Numbered from the stretch's first letter, positions 47,413 to 58,980 are shown. The stretch: DNA of 64,000 nt from an uncultured delta proteobacterium (GCA_963815115.1 CAWFFN010000005.1:768001-832000); one strand, 5' to 3'. Translations and numbers: made by a program. The notes: generated by a model from the letters alone, not told the origin.

Positions 47413-48803
47413 GGCGATGGCTCCGCCGGTGGCGCCGCCGGTGGCGCGGGTGCTGGCGCTGGCGGTGGCGCCGCCTTCGGGTGGTCGGCGAGGCGCGCCA
47501 GGACGTGATCGCCGACCCAGTGCTGGTCCCACCACTCGACCGGATCCACGTGCACGCCATGGATCATCATGCTGAAGTGGAGATGGTCGCCGGCTGCCAG
47601 ACCGGTGTCGCCCGTCTTGCCGATCGGATCGCCGCGTTTGACCTCCGCTCCCTGGGTGACCCCGATCTCGCTGAGATGGCCGTAGAGCGAGAACAGCCCG
47701 AGCCCGTGATCGAGGATCACCGCGTTGCCGTAGATGCCGAGCGGGCCGACGAACACCGCTCGGCCGGCGTTGGCCGCCGGGACGGGCATGTTCTTGAGCG
47801 AGGCCAGGTCGTAGCCGAGATGCGTCTGGTGGTCGATGACCTGGCCGTCGTGGGTGTAGGTGCGGCGATCGGCGAAGCCCGAGAGCGGCGCCGCCGGCAT
47901 GCGGAGGAACGATTCGGTCCACAGCGGCGCCGGCGCGCTGTCGCGGCACAGCTCCCGGATGCGCGCCTCGGTGGCCTGGCGAAGGTCTCGATTGATGCGC
48001 AGGTAGCCGTCGACGAGGTTGCCAGTGTCCTGGAGGCCGTTCGCGGCGAGCAGCTCCGGCACCTTGCGGGAGAGGAAGGCGTCGGTGATCGCCAGGGTCT
48101 TCTGCGCGAACTTGCGCGGTTCGACGTGGACGTCGAGCGCCACCTCCGCCCGGTTGCCGGCGCCGTCGGTCGCGACCGCGACCGGCACCGCACCCGGCGT
48201 GCTCTCCGGGACCGCGAAGAGAACGGCCCGCAGCTGCGGGTCCTTGAAGATCCCCGCGGTCGCCGGGAAGAACGCGTCGGCGACCTGCACGCCGCTGTCG
48301 GTCGCATCCGCGCCGACCTTCAGGACGGCCAGCTCGCTGCCCCCGACGCGCGGTGCATGCCGCTTGCTGAGCACGCCGAGCGCCGGCGGCGTGACGTCGA
48401 CGGTGACGTCGCGCGTGTAGCGTGGCGAGCGTCGCAGCGCCGAGAGCAACGAGTGGTCGGTGGCCCAGACCTCGAGCTTCGCGTGGCCCTCGGGAACCGG
48501 CACGTTGGCCCCGAGCGTCGGCGCCAGCGTGGCCTCGTACACCCCGCTCCCGAGCCAGCCGGTGCGCGGGAACTCCTGCCGCGCCAGGACGAGCGCGCCG
48601 CTTCCATCGCCGGGAACCAAGCGGACCTCGACGTGCGCGAGCCCGCTCCCGCGATCCTTCGCGGTCACCCGCATCTGCGTGCCGCGACCGACCGTGTCCG
48701 GAATTCCCTCCACCGTGACCGTGGGGGCGAGCGGCTCCGCACGGGTGGCGACCAGCGTGGCGAGCGCGAAGACCACGAAGAGGGCGACGAGCGCGCGCAT
48801 CAC
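47409..48803 (-). CDS. M23 family metallopeptidase
   Basis: HLGYDLA, YGNAVILDHG..SLYGHLS, IGKTGDTGLAAGDHLHF. Confidence 0.93.
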   Translation of the reverse strand: MMRALVALFVVFALATLVATRAEPLAPTVTVEGIPDTVGRGTQMRVTAKDRGSGLAHVEVRLVPGDGSGALVLARQEFPRTGWLGSGVYEATLAPTLGANVPVPEGHAKLEVWATDHSLLSALRRSPRYTRDVTVDVTPPALGVLSKRHAPRVGGSELAVLKVGADATDSGVQVADAFFPATAGIFKDPQLRAVLFAVPESTPGAVPVAVATDGAGNRAEVALDVHVEPRKFAQKTLAITDAFLSRKVPELLAANGLQDTGNLVDGYLRINRDLRQATEARIRELCRDSAPAPLWTESFLRMPAAPLSGFADRRTYTHDGQVIDHQTHLGYDLASLKNMPVPAANAGRAVFVGPLGIYGNAVILDHGLGLFSLYGHLSEIGVTQGAEVKRGDPIGKTGDTGLAAGDHLHFSMMIHGVHVDPVEWWDQHWVGDHVLARLADHPKAAPPPAPAPAPPAAPPAEPSP

Positions 48804-48819
48804 CTCATCTCATCTCGAC

Positions 48820-49455
48820 TCATCTCACGAGGGCCAGCACGTCGAGCAGGTTGCACGTGATCCGATGGGTCGCGCCCCAGATGACCTGCCCGGCGACCGG
48901 AAAGAGCCTGATGGGAATCCGGTGCCCCTCGAAGTCCCACAGCTCCTCGCGCTCCGCCCCGGGAGCGAGCAGCTCGGAGACCGGGACCGTGAAGATGGTG
49001 TCGACCTCGTGAGGCGATGGCTTCCAGGGGTAGCGATCGGGGACCACGCCGACGACCGGTGTGATGACGAAGCGAGAGGCGACCGTCTCGAGGTCGTCGA
49101 GACGTCCGAGCAGGCGAACGTCGGCCGGCCGCAGCCCGATCTCCTCTTCGGCCTCCCGCAGCGCAGTGGCTTCGGAATCGACGTCACTCTCGTCGCGCGT
49201 GCCGCCGGGGAAGGCGACCTGGCCCTGATGGTGCGGCAGCGAGGCTGCGCGCCGCGTGAACAGCACGTGCAGGTCGCCGTCGACGGGAAGCAACGGGACC
49301 AGCACGGCGGCGGCCGTCTTGTCGGAGGGCGCGAGCGCGATGCGGCGGCGCGCCGCGAGCTCGCGCGACAGTGCGGCGGCGAGGGGGTCGAATGCGATGC
49401 GATCCAGCGGAGTGATCCCAGTATCCCGAGTCGGGCAAGCGGTGCACGGGGGCAT
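48820..49455 (-). CDS. Nudix hydrolase, CoA pyrophosphatase (NudL-like)
   Basis: AAVLVPL, LFTRR...HHQGQVAFPGG, ALREAEEEIGL, IWGAT; start uncertain. Confidence 0.88.
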   Translation of the reverse strand: MPPCTACPTRDTGITPLDRIAFDPLAAALSRELAARRRIALAPSDKTAAAVLVPLLPVDGDLHVLFTRRAASLPHHQGQVAFPGGTRDESDVDSEATALREAEEEIGLRPADVRLLGRLDDLETVASRFVITPVVGVVPDRYPWKPSPHEVDTIFTVPVSELLAPGAEREELWDFEGHRIPIRLFPVAGQVIWGATHRITCNLLDVLALVR

Positions 49456-49529
49456 GCGAGATGGTGCGACGCATGCCCCACTCGCGACATTAGCATCGCG
49501 GAGGGGACGCGGAAAGGCGCGCGCTGCGT

Positions 49530-49820
49530 TCACGCGCCGCCGGCGAGCACGAGAAAGAGGTCGCGCACCGCGGCGCGGCCGAGACGCGCGTTGAGCCGTG
49601 TCCGCAGGTCCTGCTTCAGGTACTGCAGCTCGTGCATCCACTCCGCTCCATCCACCTCGACCAGCAGCACGCCGCGGCGCAGCCGGCGCGGGCGCGCGTG
49701 ACGCGCGATGGTGGCGCCGACGACGTCGCTCCACTCGGTCCAGATCGGGAAGCTCGCCAGCTCGGAGCCCGCCGGAAAGCGCGCGAACGCGGCTCGCAGC
49801 GCGTCGCCGAGCGTCGTCAC
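49530..49820 (-). CDS. DUF721/DciA family protein
   Basis: WSDVVGATIARHARP..LRRGVLLVEVDGAEWMHELQYLK; GGGAG SD before GTG 49820. Confidence 0.8.
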   Translation of the reverse strand: MTTLGDALRAAFARFPAGSELASFPIWTEWSDVVGATIARHARPRRLRRGVLLVEVDGAEWMHELQYLKQDLRTRLNARLGRAAVRDLFLVLAGGA

Positions 49821-49895
49821 CTCCCGGGCCACCGACGCGTCTGTGACCGAAGCGGCGGTCGATTGCAAGCAGGCGACAGACGCGTGACAGTCCGG

Positions 49896-49923
49896 TTGAC
49901 AGCACAAGATATAGTGCTATACC
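49896..49923 (+). promoter_or_regulatory. Sigma70 promoter of nrdJ with NrdR box 1 in the spacer
   Basis: TTGACA (49896-49901), TGc-TATACC (49918-49923); spacer GCACAAGATATAGTGC fits the NrdR box consensus acaCwAtATaTwGtgt. Confidence 0.8.
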
Positions 49924-49943
49924 CGGTCCCCTGCCTCAGAGAA

Positions 49944-49959
49944 GCGCAATATCTGGGAG
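49944..49959 (+). promoter_or_regulatory. NrdR box 2
   Basis: GCGCAATATCTGGGAG, starting 42 bp after box 1 (whole-helical-turn spacing typical of NrdR box pairs). Confidence 0.65.
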
Positions 49960-49971
49960 CCCGGGAGGGGG

Positions 49972-52839
<2,868 letters not shown>

Positions 52840-52944
52840 TCTGACGGCATCTGACGGCTGACACACGTGGTGGCGCGGGAGGCGCTGACGAGGGTGGTGG
52901 TGGCGTGGGTACCTCCCGGTGGTGGTGGGGTCCGCGGGTGCGGA

Positions 52945-52972
52945 CGCGGGGCGCTCTTCGGGGCGCCCCGCG
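52945..52972 (+). terminator. Stable cUUCGg hairpin downstream of nrdJ (no U-tract)
   Basis: CGCGGGGCGCTC-TTCG-GGGCGCCCCGCG. Confidence 0.5.
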
Positions 52973-53079
52973 GGTGGTGGCGGTGGGGGGGACGGCCTTG
53001 ACAGGCCCGTCGCGCGCTGATTATCGACGCGCTGTCAGCTCCATGATGCTCCCCGTCTCTGCCAGCCAGGAAAACCGCC

Positions 53080-53466
53080 GTGGCTGATACCCTGAAGTTC
53101 ACCGAGGATCACCTCTGGGTGCGCGTTGAAGGAACCCGGGCCAAGCTCGGCATCTCCGACTACGGGCAGAACGAGTTTGGCGAGGTGATCGCCGTCGAGA
53201 TCCCGGACGTCGGGGACGAGATCGAGAAGGGCGAGCCGTTCGGCGAGGTCGAGACGGTACGCACCGTGTGCGAGCTGATTTCGCCCCTCAGCGGCTCGGT
53301 TACCGCGGTCAACACCGAGCTGGAGGATCATCCCCGGATCGTGAACGAGGATCCCCTCCACGAAGGTTGGATGATCGAGATCGAGATCGGAGACGAAGCC
53401 GAGCTCGAGGACCTGATGGATCTCGACGAGTACGAGGAGTTCGCGGCCGGCGAGGAGGAGGGCTGA
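53080..53466 (+). CDS. gcvH: Glycine cleavage H protein homolog lacking the lipoyl lysine
   Basis: LKFTEDHLWV, GISDYGQ..FGEV, GEVETVRTVCELISPLSG.V..VN..L...P..VNEDP...GW. Confidence 0.85.
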   Translation: MADTLKFTEDHLWVRVEGTRAKLGISDYGQNEFGEVIAVEIPDVGDEIEKGEPFGEVETVRTVCELISPLSGSVTAVNTELEDHPRIVNEDPLHEGWMIEIEIGDEAELEDLMDLDEYEEFAAGEEEG

Positions 53467-53475
53467 GCCGTCGGG

Positions 53476-53775
53476 CTACGGCTCGTCGGGCGCCCTGAAG
53501 CGGTAGACGAACTCGTCGGAGCGCACCAGCCCCAGCTGCTTGCGAGCCAGAGCCTCGAGGTATCTCGGATCGGTTCGAAGGCGCGCGATCTCCGCGCGCA
53601 GCGCGGCGTTCTCCTGCATGCGCCGCACCGCCGCGGCGCCCAGCTCCTGGCGCTCCGCCCGCAGGGCCAGGTACCGCGTGACGCCGTCCGACCCGATCAC
53701 CAGCGAGGCTGCGACGGCGGCGATGGCGACCATCACCGCGATGGTCAGCGCCGCGTCCGCACTCCTCCACCGCAC
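53476..53775 (-). CDS. ftsB: Septum formation initiator (FtsB/DivIC family)
   Basis: TM segment plus coiled coil ENAALRAEIARLRTDPRYLEALARKQLGLVRSDEFVY; start approximate. Confidence 0.8.
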   Translation of the reverse strand: MRWRSADAALTIAVMVAIAAVAASLVIGSDGVTRYLALRAERQELGAAAVRRMQENAALRAEIARLRTDPRYLEALARKQLGLVRSDEFVYRFRAPDEP

Positions 53776-53907
53776 GCCGCAGACAGGTAGCGGAAACCTG
53801 GTGAACTGGCAATGCTCCCAGCGGTAAAACGACCTGCTACTGTGGCTCACATGAGATGGCGAACGGCATTCTATGGGCTGGATCACAGCGGAAACGCAGG
53901 GGGCACT

Positions 53908-53977
53908 TTTAAAAAAAAATTTCCAAAACGGCGGTCGTCTCTTGACTCGTGCACCCATGCACCTCTATACTCCGCCG
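53908..53977 (+). promoter_or_regulatory. Strong sigma70 promoter with upstream A-tract (UP-like) and GC-rich discriminator
   Basis: TTTTAAAAAAAAATTT tract; TTGACT (53942-53947), 18-nt spacer, TATACT (53966-53971), then CCGCCG. Confidence 0.75.
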
Positions 53978-54074
53978 CCGTGGGGTTGCGGAGGACGTGG
54001 CTGGGGGTTCTCGCCTGGGAGGCAGTTCACACACACGCATTGGCTTCCTGAGGGAGGCCACAGAGGAGGCACTC

Positions 54075-54155
54075 ATGGCTGCAAAGAGGAAGGCAACGAG
54101 CAAGGCGAAGAAGAAGGCTCCTGCAAAGAAGAAGGCTGCCAAGAAGAAGAAGTAG
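54075..54155 (+). CDS. 26-aa Lys/Ala-rich basic micropeptide (histone H1-tail-like)
   Basis: GAGGAGG SD followed by MAAKRKATSKAKKKAPAKKKAAKKKK*, flanked by its own promoter and terminator. Confidence 0.7.
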   Translation: MAAKRKATSKAKKKAPAKKKAAKKKK

Positions 54156-54258
54156 TGTCCGATCGTTCGCTTCTCGGTTTTCAACGCTAGGCACGTAGGT
54201 TTTTGAGAGGCTGAGTCCAGTCTCAGGCGAGAGCGGGCCCTTCGGGGTCCCGAAAGAG

Positions 54259-54294
54259 GCCCTCGGGCGACTCGAAAGCGCCGAGGGCTTTTTT
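54259..54294 (+). terminator. Rho-independent terminator
   Basis: GCCCTCGG...CCGAGGGC stem followed by TTTTTT. Confidence 0.8.
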
Positions 54295-54308
54295 CGTTGT
54301 GGGAGACC

Positions 54309-55076
54309 ATGCTGGCCGCGACCCCGATCCGCGCCGAGAGCCCGCGCTACGGGACGTCGCTGCTCTTTCTTCCCGAGCTCTGGGCTGCCGCCCGGCTCTG
54401 GCTCCCGATCGCATCATTCCTGGGCCACCGCGGCTGGGAGGGGCAGATGCTCGAGCTTCGGGGAACCGGCGATCTGCGCGAGCGCGTCGCGGCGGTCGTC
54501 GGGCATGCCCGTGCGCTTCCCGCTCGCCCGGTGCTGATCGGGCACGGCGCCGGCGCGATCGTGGCGCTGGAGGCCGCACGTGCCGGCGCCGGCGCGGCGG
54601 CCGTGCTGCTGGCCCCCTTGCTGGCGGGCAGTGCGCCGCTCCGTGCGTTGACGCGGCGGCGGGACGCGATCGCGGCCGTACTGCTCGGCCGGCCGATGCC
54701 GCCCCCTCGCGGAGCAGTCTTCGGGGACCTTCCCGCGACCGCCGCATCGGACCTCGCCGCCGACACGACGCGCGCCGTGCTCGACGTCGTCCGGGGACGG
54801 CCTCCGGCGTCAGGCGCGATCGGGGTGCCCGTCCTGGTCGCGGGTGGGGATCGCGACCCGCTGCTGCCGCAACACGCCGCCGCGGCGCTCGCCGCCAGGC
54901 TCGGGGGGGAGCATCTGGTGATCCCCGGCGCCGCACACTGGCCGCTCGTGGAATCCCGCTGGCAGCACACCGTGGACCTGGTGCACCGCTGGCTCGTGCG
55001 TCAGCTGGGAGAGGCGCTGCTCGAGCTACACGGCGAGGCCATGGCCGAACGCGACGCCGACCCGGACGAGAGCTGA
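54309..55076 (+). CDS. Alpha/beta hydrolase fold protein (GHGAG at the nucleophile elbow)
   Basis: PVLIGHGAGA, PVLVAGGDRDPL, PGAAHWP. Confidence 0.75.
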   Translation: MLAATPIRAESPRYGTSLLFLPELWAAARLWLPIASFLGHRGWEGQMLELRGTGDLRERVAAVVGHARALPARPVLIGHGAGAIVALEAARAGAGAAAVLLAPLLAGSAPLRALTRRRDAIAAVLLGRPMPPPRGAVFGDLPATAASDLAADTTRAVLDVVRGRPPASGAIGVPVLVAGGDRDPLLPQHAAAALAARLGGEHLVIPGAAHWPLVESRWQHTVDLVHRWLVRQLGEALLELHGEAMAERDADPDES

Positions 55077-55085
55077 GCGGGCGCC

Positions 55086-56438
55086 TCAGGCGACGTGCAG
55101 GTTTCGCTTCGGGACGTCGCGCAGGAGCACGTCGTCGGGCGCTTCGGTCTTGTCGCTGGTGAGCAGCCGCTCGAGGCCCTCGCGGACCTCCTTGCGCGTC
55201 ATCTGCACGCCGTAGCTCTGCAGGATCTGGCGGATCAGATCGTAGTGCGACTCGACCGTCTCGGTCACCGAGAGGTAGCCGTGCGCGCCGGCGCTGCGGC
55301 CGGCCCAGAGGTTCAGTGGCGCCATGTTGAAGAACATCTGATCCGTCTCGGCGGGCTCGAGGAGGATGATGTCCCCCTGGAAGTTCGGGTCGTCCTGGTA
55401 CTGGCGGACTCCGAGCTGCAGCCGCGAATGGAGGAGGGTGCGGAAGACCTGATTGAGCACGGTGAGCATGCCCTGGTCGGCGAGCGGGCGGCCCTCGATC
55501 TCGTAGGTGTTCTGCTCCGGAACGAAGCGCCGCGTCACCCGGTTCGAGAACGGGCGGAACGGGTTGTAGCAGATCACCAGATCGGCCCCGTGCTCGATGG
55601 CGACGTCGAGGTTGGCGGTCCGCCGCACGCCGCCGTCCACATAGTCGACGCCCTTGATGCGCGCCGGCTTGTAGAAGCCGGGGAGCGCCGTCGATGCCTG
55701 CACGGCCTCGGAGATGGTGACCGACGGATCCTCGTCGTGCCCGAAGACGACGCGCTCCGCCGTGTCGAGGTTCATCGCCACGATGTAGAGCTCGATTCCG
55801 CGCACGCGATGGAGGACGCGGAAGTCGTTGGTCATCCCGCGGCGTTCGATGTTGTGGCGCAGGTATCGCTCCAGGCTGGCGTTGTCGAACAGACCGGAGG
55901 GCAGATACGCCAGCGGGAAAGGGAACTCGCGGGCCGCGCCGACGGCGTCGACGAGCGGCCGTGCGCAGTCGAGCAGATTGCCGAGACTCGGCGCCCGGCG
56001 CGCGCGAACCAGCGGCTCCTCGAGCGCCTGCAGCAACTTCGGCGTCTGGACCAGGAAGTCGTACACCACGCCGGGGACGTAGGTGAGGAGATCGACCAGG
56101 AACTCGACCGGCTTGCGCGCGAACTCGCCGACGTTCAGGCGATAGAAGTCGACGGCCTTCAATGCGGTGAAGTCCTCGGAGACTCCCTCGAGCGAGCGCA
56201 GCATCTCGGGCGGCGTGACGCCGCCGGCCAGCGGTGCGGCGAGGAAGGCGCCCGCGGAGAGGCCGACGTAGATGTCGAAGTCGGTCGTCTTCCGATTGAC
56301 CAGGAAGTCGTCGAGGGCCTTCAGGCCGCCGAGCTTGTACGCTCCGCCCGTGACGGCCCCGCCTGCGAGCACGAGTGCGATGCGGGGGTTGCGCTTGCGG
56401 GTTGCGAGGTCGCTCTTGTGGACGATCGTGAGGCCCAT
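55086..56438 (-). CDS. Patatin-like phospholipase
   Basis: LVLAGGAVTGG, GLSAG (GxSxG), ASTALPGFY, YVDGG. Confidence 0.92.
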   Translation of the reverse strand: MGLTIVHKSDLATRKRNPRIALVLAGGAVTGGAYKLGGLKALDDFLVNRKTTDFDIYVGLSAGAFLAAPLAGGVTPPEMLRSLEGVSEDFTALKAVDFYRLNVGEFARKPVEFLVDLLTYVPGVVYDFLVQTPKLLQALEEPLVRARRAPSLGNLLDCARPLVDAVGAAREFPFPLAYLPSGLFDNASLERYLRHNIERRGMTNDFRVLHRVRGIELYIVAMNLDTAERVVFGHDEDPSVTISEAVQASTALPGFYKPARIKGVDYVDGGVRRTANLDVAIEHGADLVICYNPFRPFSNRVTRRFVPEQNTYEIEGRPLADQGMLTVLNQVFRTLLHSRLQLGVRQYQDDPNFQGDIILLEPAETDQMFFNMAPLNLWAGRSAGAHGYLSVTETVESHYDLIRQILQSYGVQMTRKEVREGLERLLTSDKTEAPDDVLLRDVPKRNLHVA

Positions 56439-56513
56439 GGAATGTTGACGCTGGCTGAGGACTTACAGGGTCACCCGAGGGTGGAGCGTTGCGTCATCCT
56501 CCGGGAGATGCCG

Positions 56514-56529
56514 AGCAATGCCCGTGCCA
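56514..56529 (-). promoter_or_regulatory. Sigma54 (-24/-12) promoter of the patatin gene
   Basis: Minus strand TGGCAC-GGGCA-TTGCT is an exact match to TGGCAC-N5-TTGCW, about 75 nt upstream of ATG 56438. Confidence 0.75.
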
Positions 56530-56676
56530 TGACCCTCCTTCCTGGGCGTCAAGACTCCAGTGCAGCCGCTACACGTCGGTTACTACGTGCGAAATCCTTG
56601 AGTCAACTGAATGCCCACGTCTCCAACCGGCCCGTGCTTCGGCTGGCCCCCGCGCGCGCCCTTGCGCCCATGCAAG

Positions 56677-57411
56677 TCAAAAGGAGAAAGGATCCCGGGC
56701 CAGAGCCCGGTTGGCAGCCGTCAGCGACTCGGGCGTATCGATGGTCACCCAGCGCGCCTCGGTGACGAAACCGTACACCGGCTGGTGGCCCCGCAGCAGG
56801 CGGGGATAGGTCTCGCGGATGAGGCCGAAGGTCCGACCGGGGTCCATCCACCCGAAGACCCCGGGCTCGAAGACGTGAAGGCCCGGGAACATGAATCCTC
56901 GAAGCGGCTCCGCCCGGTCTGGTCCCTCCGGAACCCCCACGACCCGCCTGACGCGGTCGTCCGCGTCGAGCTCGATCAACCCCCAGCTCGACGCGTCGGG
57001 AGCCGGCCGGACGACCATGGTCGCGATTCCGCCGCGCGCGCGGTGAAACTCGATCAGCGTGCGCAGCGGAAGCTCGAGCAGGCTGTCGCCGTTGGCGACC
57101 ACGAACGGCTCGCCGGTGAGCAGGGGCTCGGCCTGCTTGACGCCGCCGCCCGTGTCACGGATCTCCGTCTCCCGGGAATACCGCACCGTCAGCCCGAAAC
57201 GGCCGCCGTCGCCGATCTCCTCCTCGATGAGATGGCCGAGGTGATGCAGGTTGATCACCACCTCGTCGATCCCGCCCGCGCGCAGGAAGTCCAGGATGTG
57301 CGCCAGCATCGGCCGCCCGGCGACCGGCATCAGCGGCTTCGGTAAGCGGTCGGTCGCGGGGGCGAGGCGCGTGCCGCGTCCGGCCGCCAGGACCATCGCG
57401 CGATGGATCAT
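56677..57411 (-). CDS. murU: Nucleotidyltransferase, MurU-like (MurNAc-1-P uridylyltransferase)
   Basis: MVLAAGRGTRLAPATDRLPKPLMPV, VINLHHL, DTGGG, NGD; ATGA-coupled to the amgK-like gene. Confidence 0.75.
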   Translation of the reverse strand: MIHRAMVLAAGRGTRLAPATDRLPKPLMPVAGRPMLAHILDFLRAGGIDEVVINLHHLGHLIEEEIGDGGRFGLTVRYSRETEIRDTGGGVKQAEPLLTGEPFVVANGDSLLELPLRTLIEFHRARGGIATMVVRPAPDASSWGLIELDADDRVRRVVGVPEGPDRAEPLRGFMFPGLHVFEPGVFGWMDPGRTFGLIRETYPRLLRGHQPVYGFVTEARWVTIDTPESLTAANRALARDPFSF

Positions 57412-58484
57412 GCGGGGCCGGACGCGAGCTCCGGCACGTGGCGCGCGACCAGCGCCTGCGCCGCTGCCAGCTCGGGCAGTGCCGCGAACGTCCGCCGTGT
57501 GACGGCATAGACCGCCGGCAGGTAGGCCAGATAGCCCGGACGCCCACGCACCCGCTCGAGGAAATAGAAGCGCCCGATGACCTTCAGCGCGTGCTGCAGC
57601 ACGCAGCGGTGGTAGCGCTCCTCGAAGCCAGGCGCGAGAGGAAGGCCGGCGGCGTCCATCGCGCCGCGGAAGCGGCCGACGAGCTCGACGGCGAGCGCCG
57701 CATCGACGCGATCGACGGTGGTGCGGTCGGTGAGCAGCTGCGCGAGATCGAACGCGTCGGGGGCGAGGAGGGCGTCCTGGAAGTCGATCATCCGGAGCTG
57801 GCCATACTGCACGTGCAGATTCCACGCCATGTAGTCGCGGTGCGAGAGGACGAGCGGTCCCTCGACGAAGGGCGTCTCGCACGGGGCCAGGGCGTCGAGC
57901 AGCGCGCGCCGTTCGCCGTCGGGCAACGCGCGCCCGTGTCGCGTCTCGATGCCGTGCTCCACGAAGTGCTCGAGCTCCGCGCGCGCGAGGGCGCCGTCGA
58001 AGCGCCGTCCGAAGGCGACGCACGCCGGATCAGGGTGACGCGTCCCGGCGATCTGGAGACGGGCCAGCAGATCGACGGCGTCGGCAAACAGCGGCCGCGC
58101 CCGCGCTGCGTCCGCCTCGACCGCCGCCCACAAGGTCACGTCGCCGATGTCCTCGAGGAGCAGGAAGCCCTCCTCGCGCGAGCGATCCGCGATCACCCTC
58201 GGCACCGGGAAGCCGTGCGCCGCCAGCCAGCGGCCGACGTTCACGAAGGGAAGCTCGCCGCCGGCGCCGCCGCCGCCCAGCTCGTCAGAGGCGGGAGCGA
58301 AGCGGCCCTCGCCGAGGAGCATCGCGACGACCGTGGGCACGCGAGCGCCGGCGAGCCGCAGGCGGAGGTAGCGGCGTGTCGACGCGTCCCCGTGCAAGGG
58401 CTCGACCGCGGTGATGCGTGCGGCGTCACCGAGGGCGATCGTCGCGGCGCGCTTCAGCGCTTCGTGCGGGATCGCCGACGACAT
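57408..58484 (-). CDS. amgK: Aminoglycoside-phosphotransferase-fold kinase, AmgK-like
   Basis: GDASTRRYLR, LLLEDIGD, HRDYMAWNL, IDFQDALL, QHALKVIGRF. Confidence 0.8.
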   Translation of the reverse strand: MSSAIPHEALKRAATIALGDAARITAVEPLHGDASTRRYLRLRLAGARVPTVVAMLLGEGRFAPASDELGGGGAGGELPFVNVGRWLAAHGFPVPRVIADRSREEGFLLLEDIGDVTLWAAVEADAARARPLFADAVDLLARLQIAGTRHPDPACVAFGRRFDGALARAELEHFVEHGIETRHGRALPDGERRALLDALAPCETPFVEGPLVLSHRDYMAWNLHVQYGQLRMIDFQDALLAPDAFDLAQLLTDRTTVDRVDAALAVELVGRFRGAMDAAGLPLAPGFEERYHRCVLQHALKVIGRFYFLERVRGRPGYLAYLPAVYAVTRRTFAALPELAAAQALVARHVPELASGPA

Positions 58485-58565
58485 CGCTCGCCGTCGGCGC
58501 TACCAAAGCGTCGTCGCGGAGTCAAAAACGACCGCCCGACGCAACGTCGCGACGTGCGGCTGCTG

Positions 58566-58594
58566 TTGACAGGCCTGGACCGATTGCCTATCGA
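58566..58594 (+). promoter_or_regulatory. Putative sigma70 promoter of the nuo operon
   Basis: TTGACA-N17-TATCGA, 13 nt before nuoA ATG 58608. Confidence 0.5.
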
Positions 58595-58607
58595 GCCAGC
58601 GGATCCG

Positions 58608-58964
58608 ATGAAGTTCGAGTACATCCCGGTGCTCGCCATGCTCGTGCTGTCCGCGCTCGTGCCGGGCCTCTTCCTCGCCGTGTCCGCGCTGTTCGGACCG
58701 CGCCGGCCGTCGGCGGTGAAGGGAGAGCCGTTCGAGTGTGGCAACCTCTCCAGCGGCCCGGCGTGGGGACGATTCTCGGTCAAGTTCTACCTCACCGCCA
58801 TCCTCTTCATCGTGTTCGACGTCGAGGTGGTGTTCCTCTATCCGTGGGCGCTGCTCTTCAGACGGCTCGGCGTGTTCGGCTTCGTCGAGATGCTGATCTT
58901 CATCGTGGTGCTCGCGCTCGGTCTGGTCTACGTCTGGCGCAAGGGCGCGCTCGAGTGGGACTGA
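58608..58964 (+). CDS. nuoA: NADH-quinone oxidoreductase subunit A
   Basis: EPFECG, RFSVKFYLTAILFIVFDVEVVFLYPW, WRKGALEWD. Confidence 0.96.
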   Translation: MKFEYIPVLAMLVLSALVPGLFLAVSALFGPRRPSAVKGEPFECGNLSSGPAWGRFSVKFYLTAILFIVFDVEVVFLYPWALLFRRLGVFGFVEMLIFIVVLALGLVYVWRKGALEWD

Positions 58965-58980
58965 GAGCGGCGACGACCGC

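Noticed and set aside
48803-48828. CTCAT microrepeat between the Nudix and M23 genes
   Set aside because: Only a few short imperfect copies overlapping stop/SD/start signals; no evidence of function.
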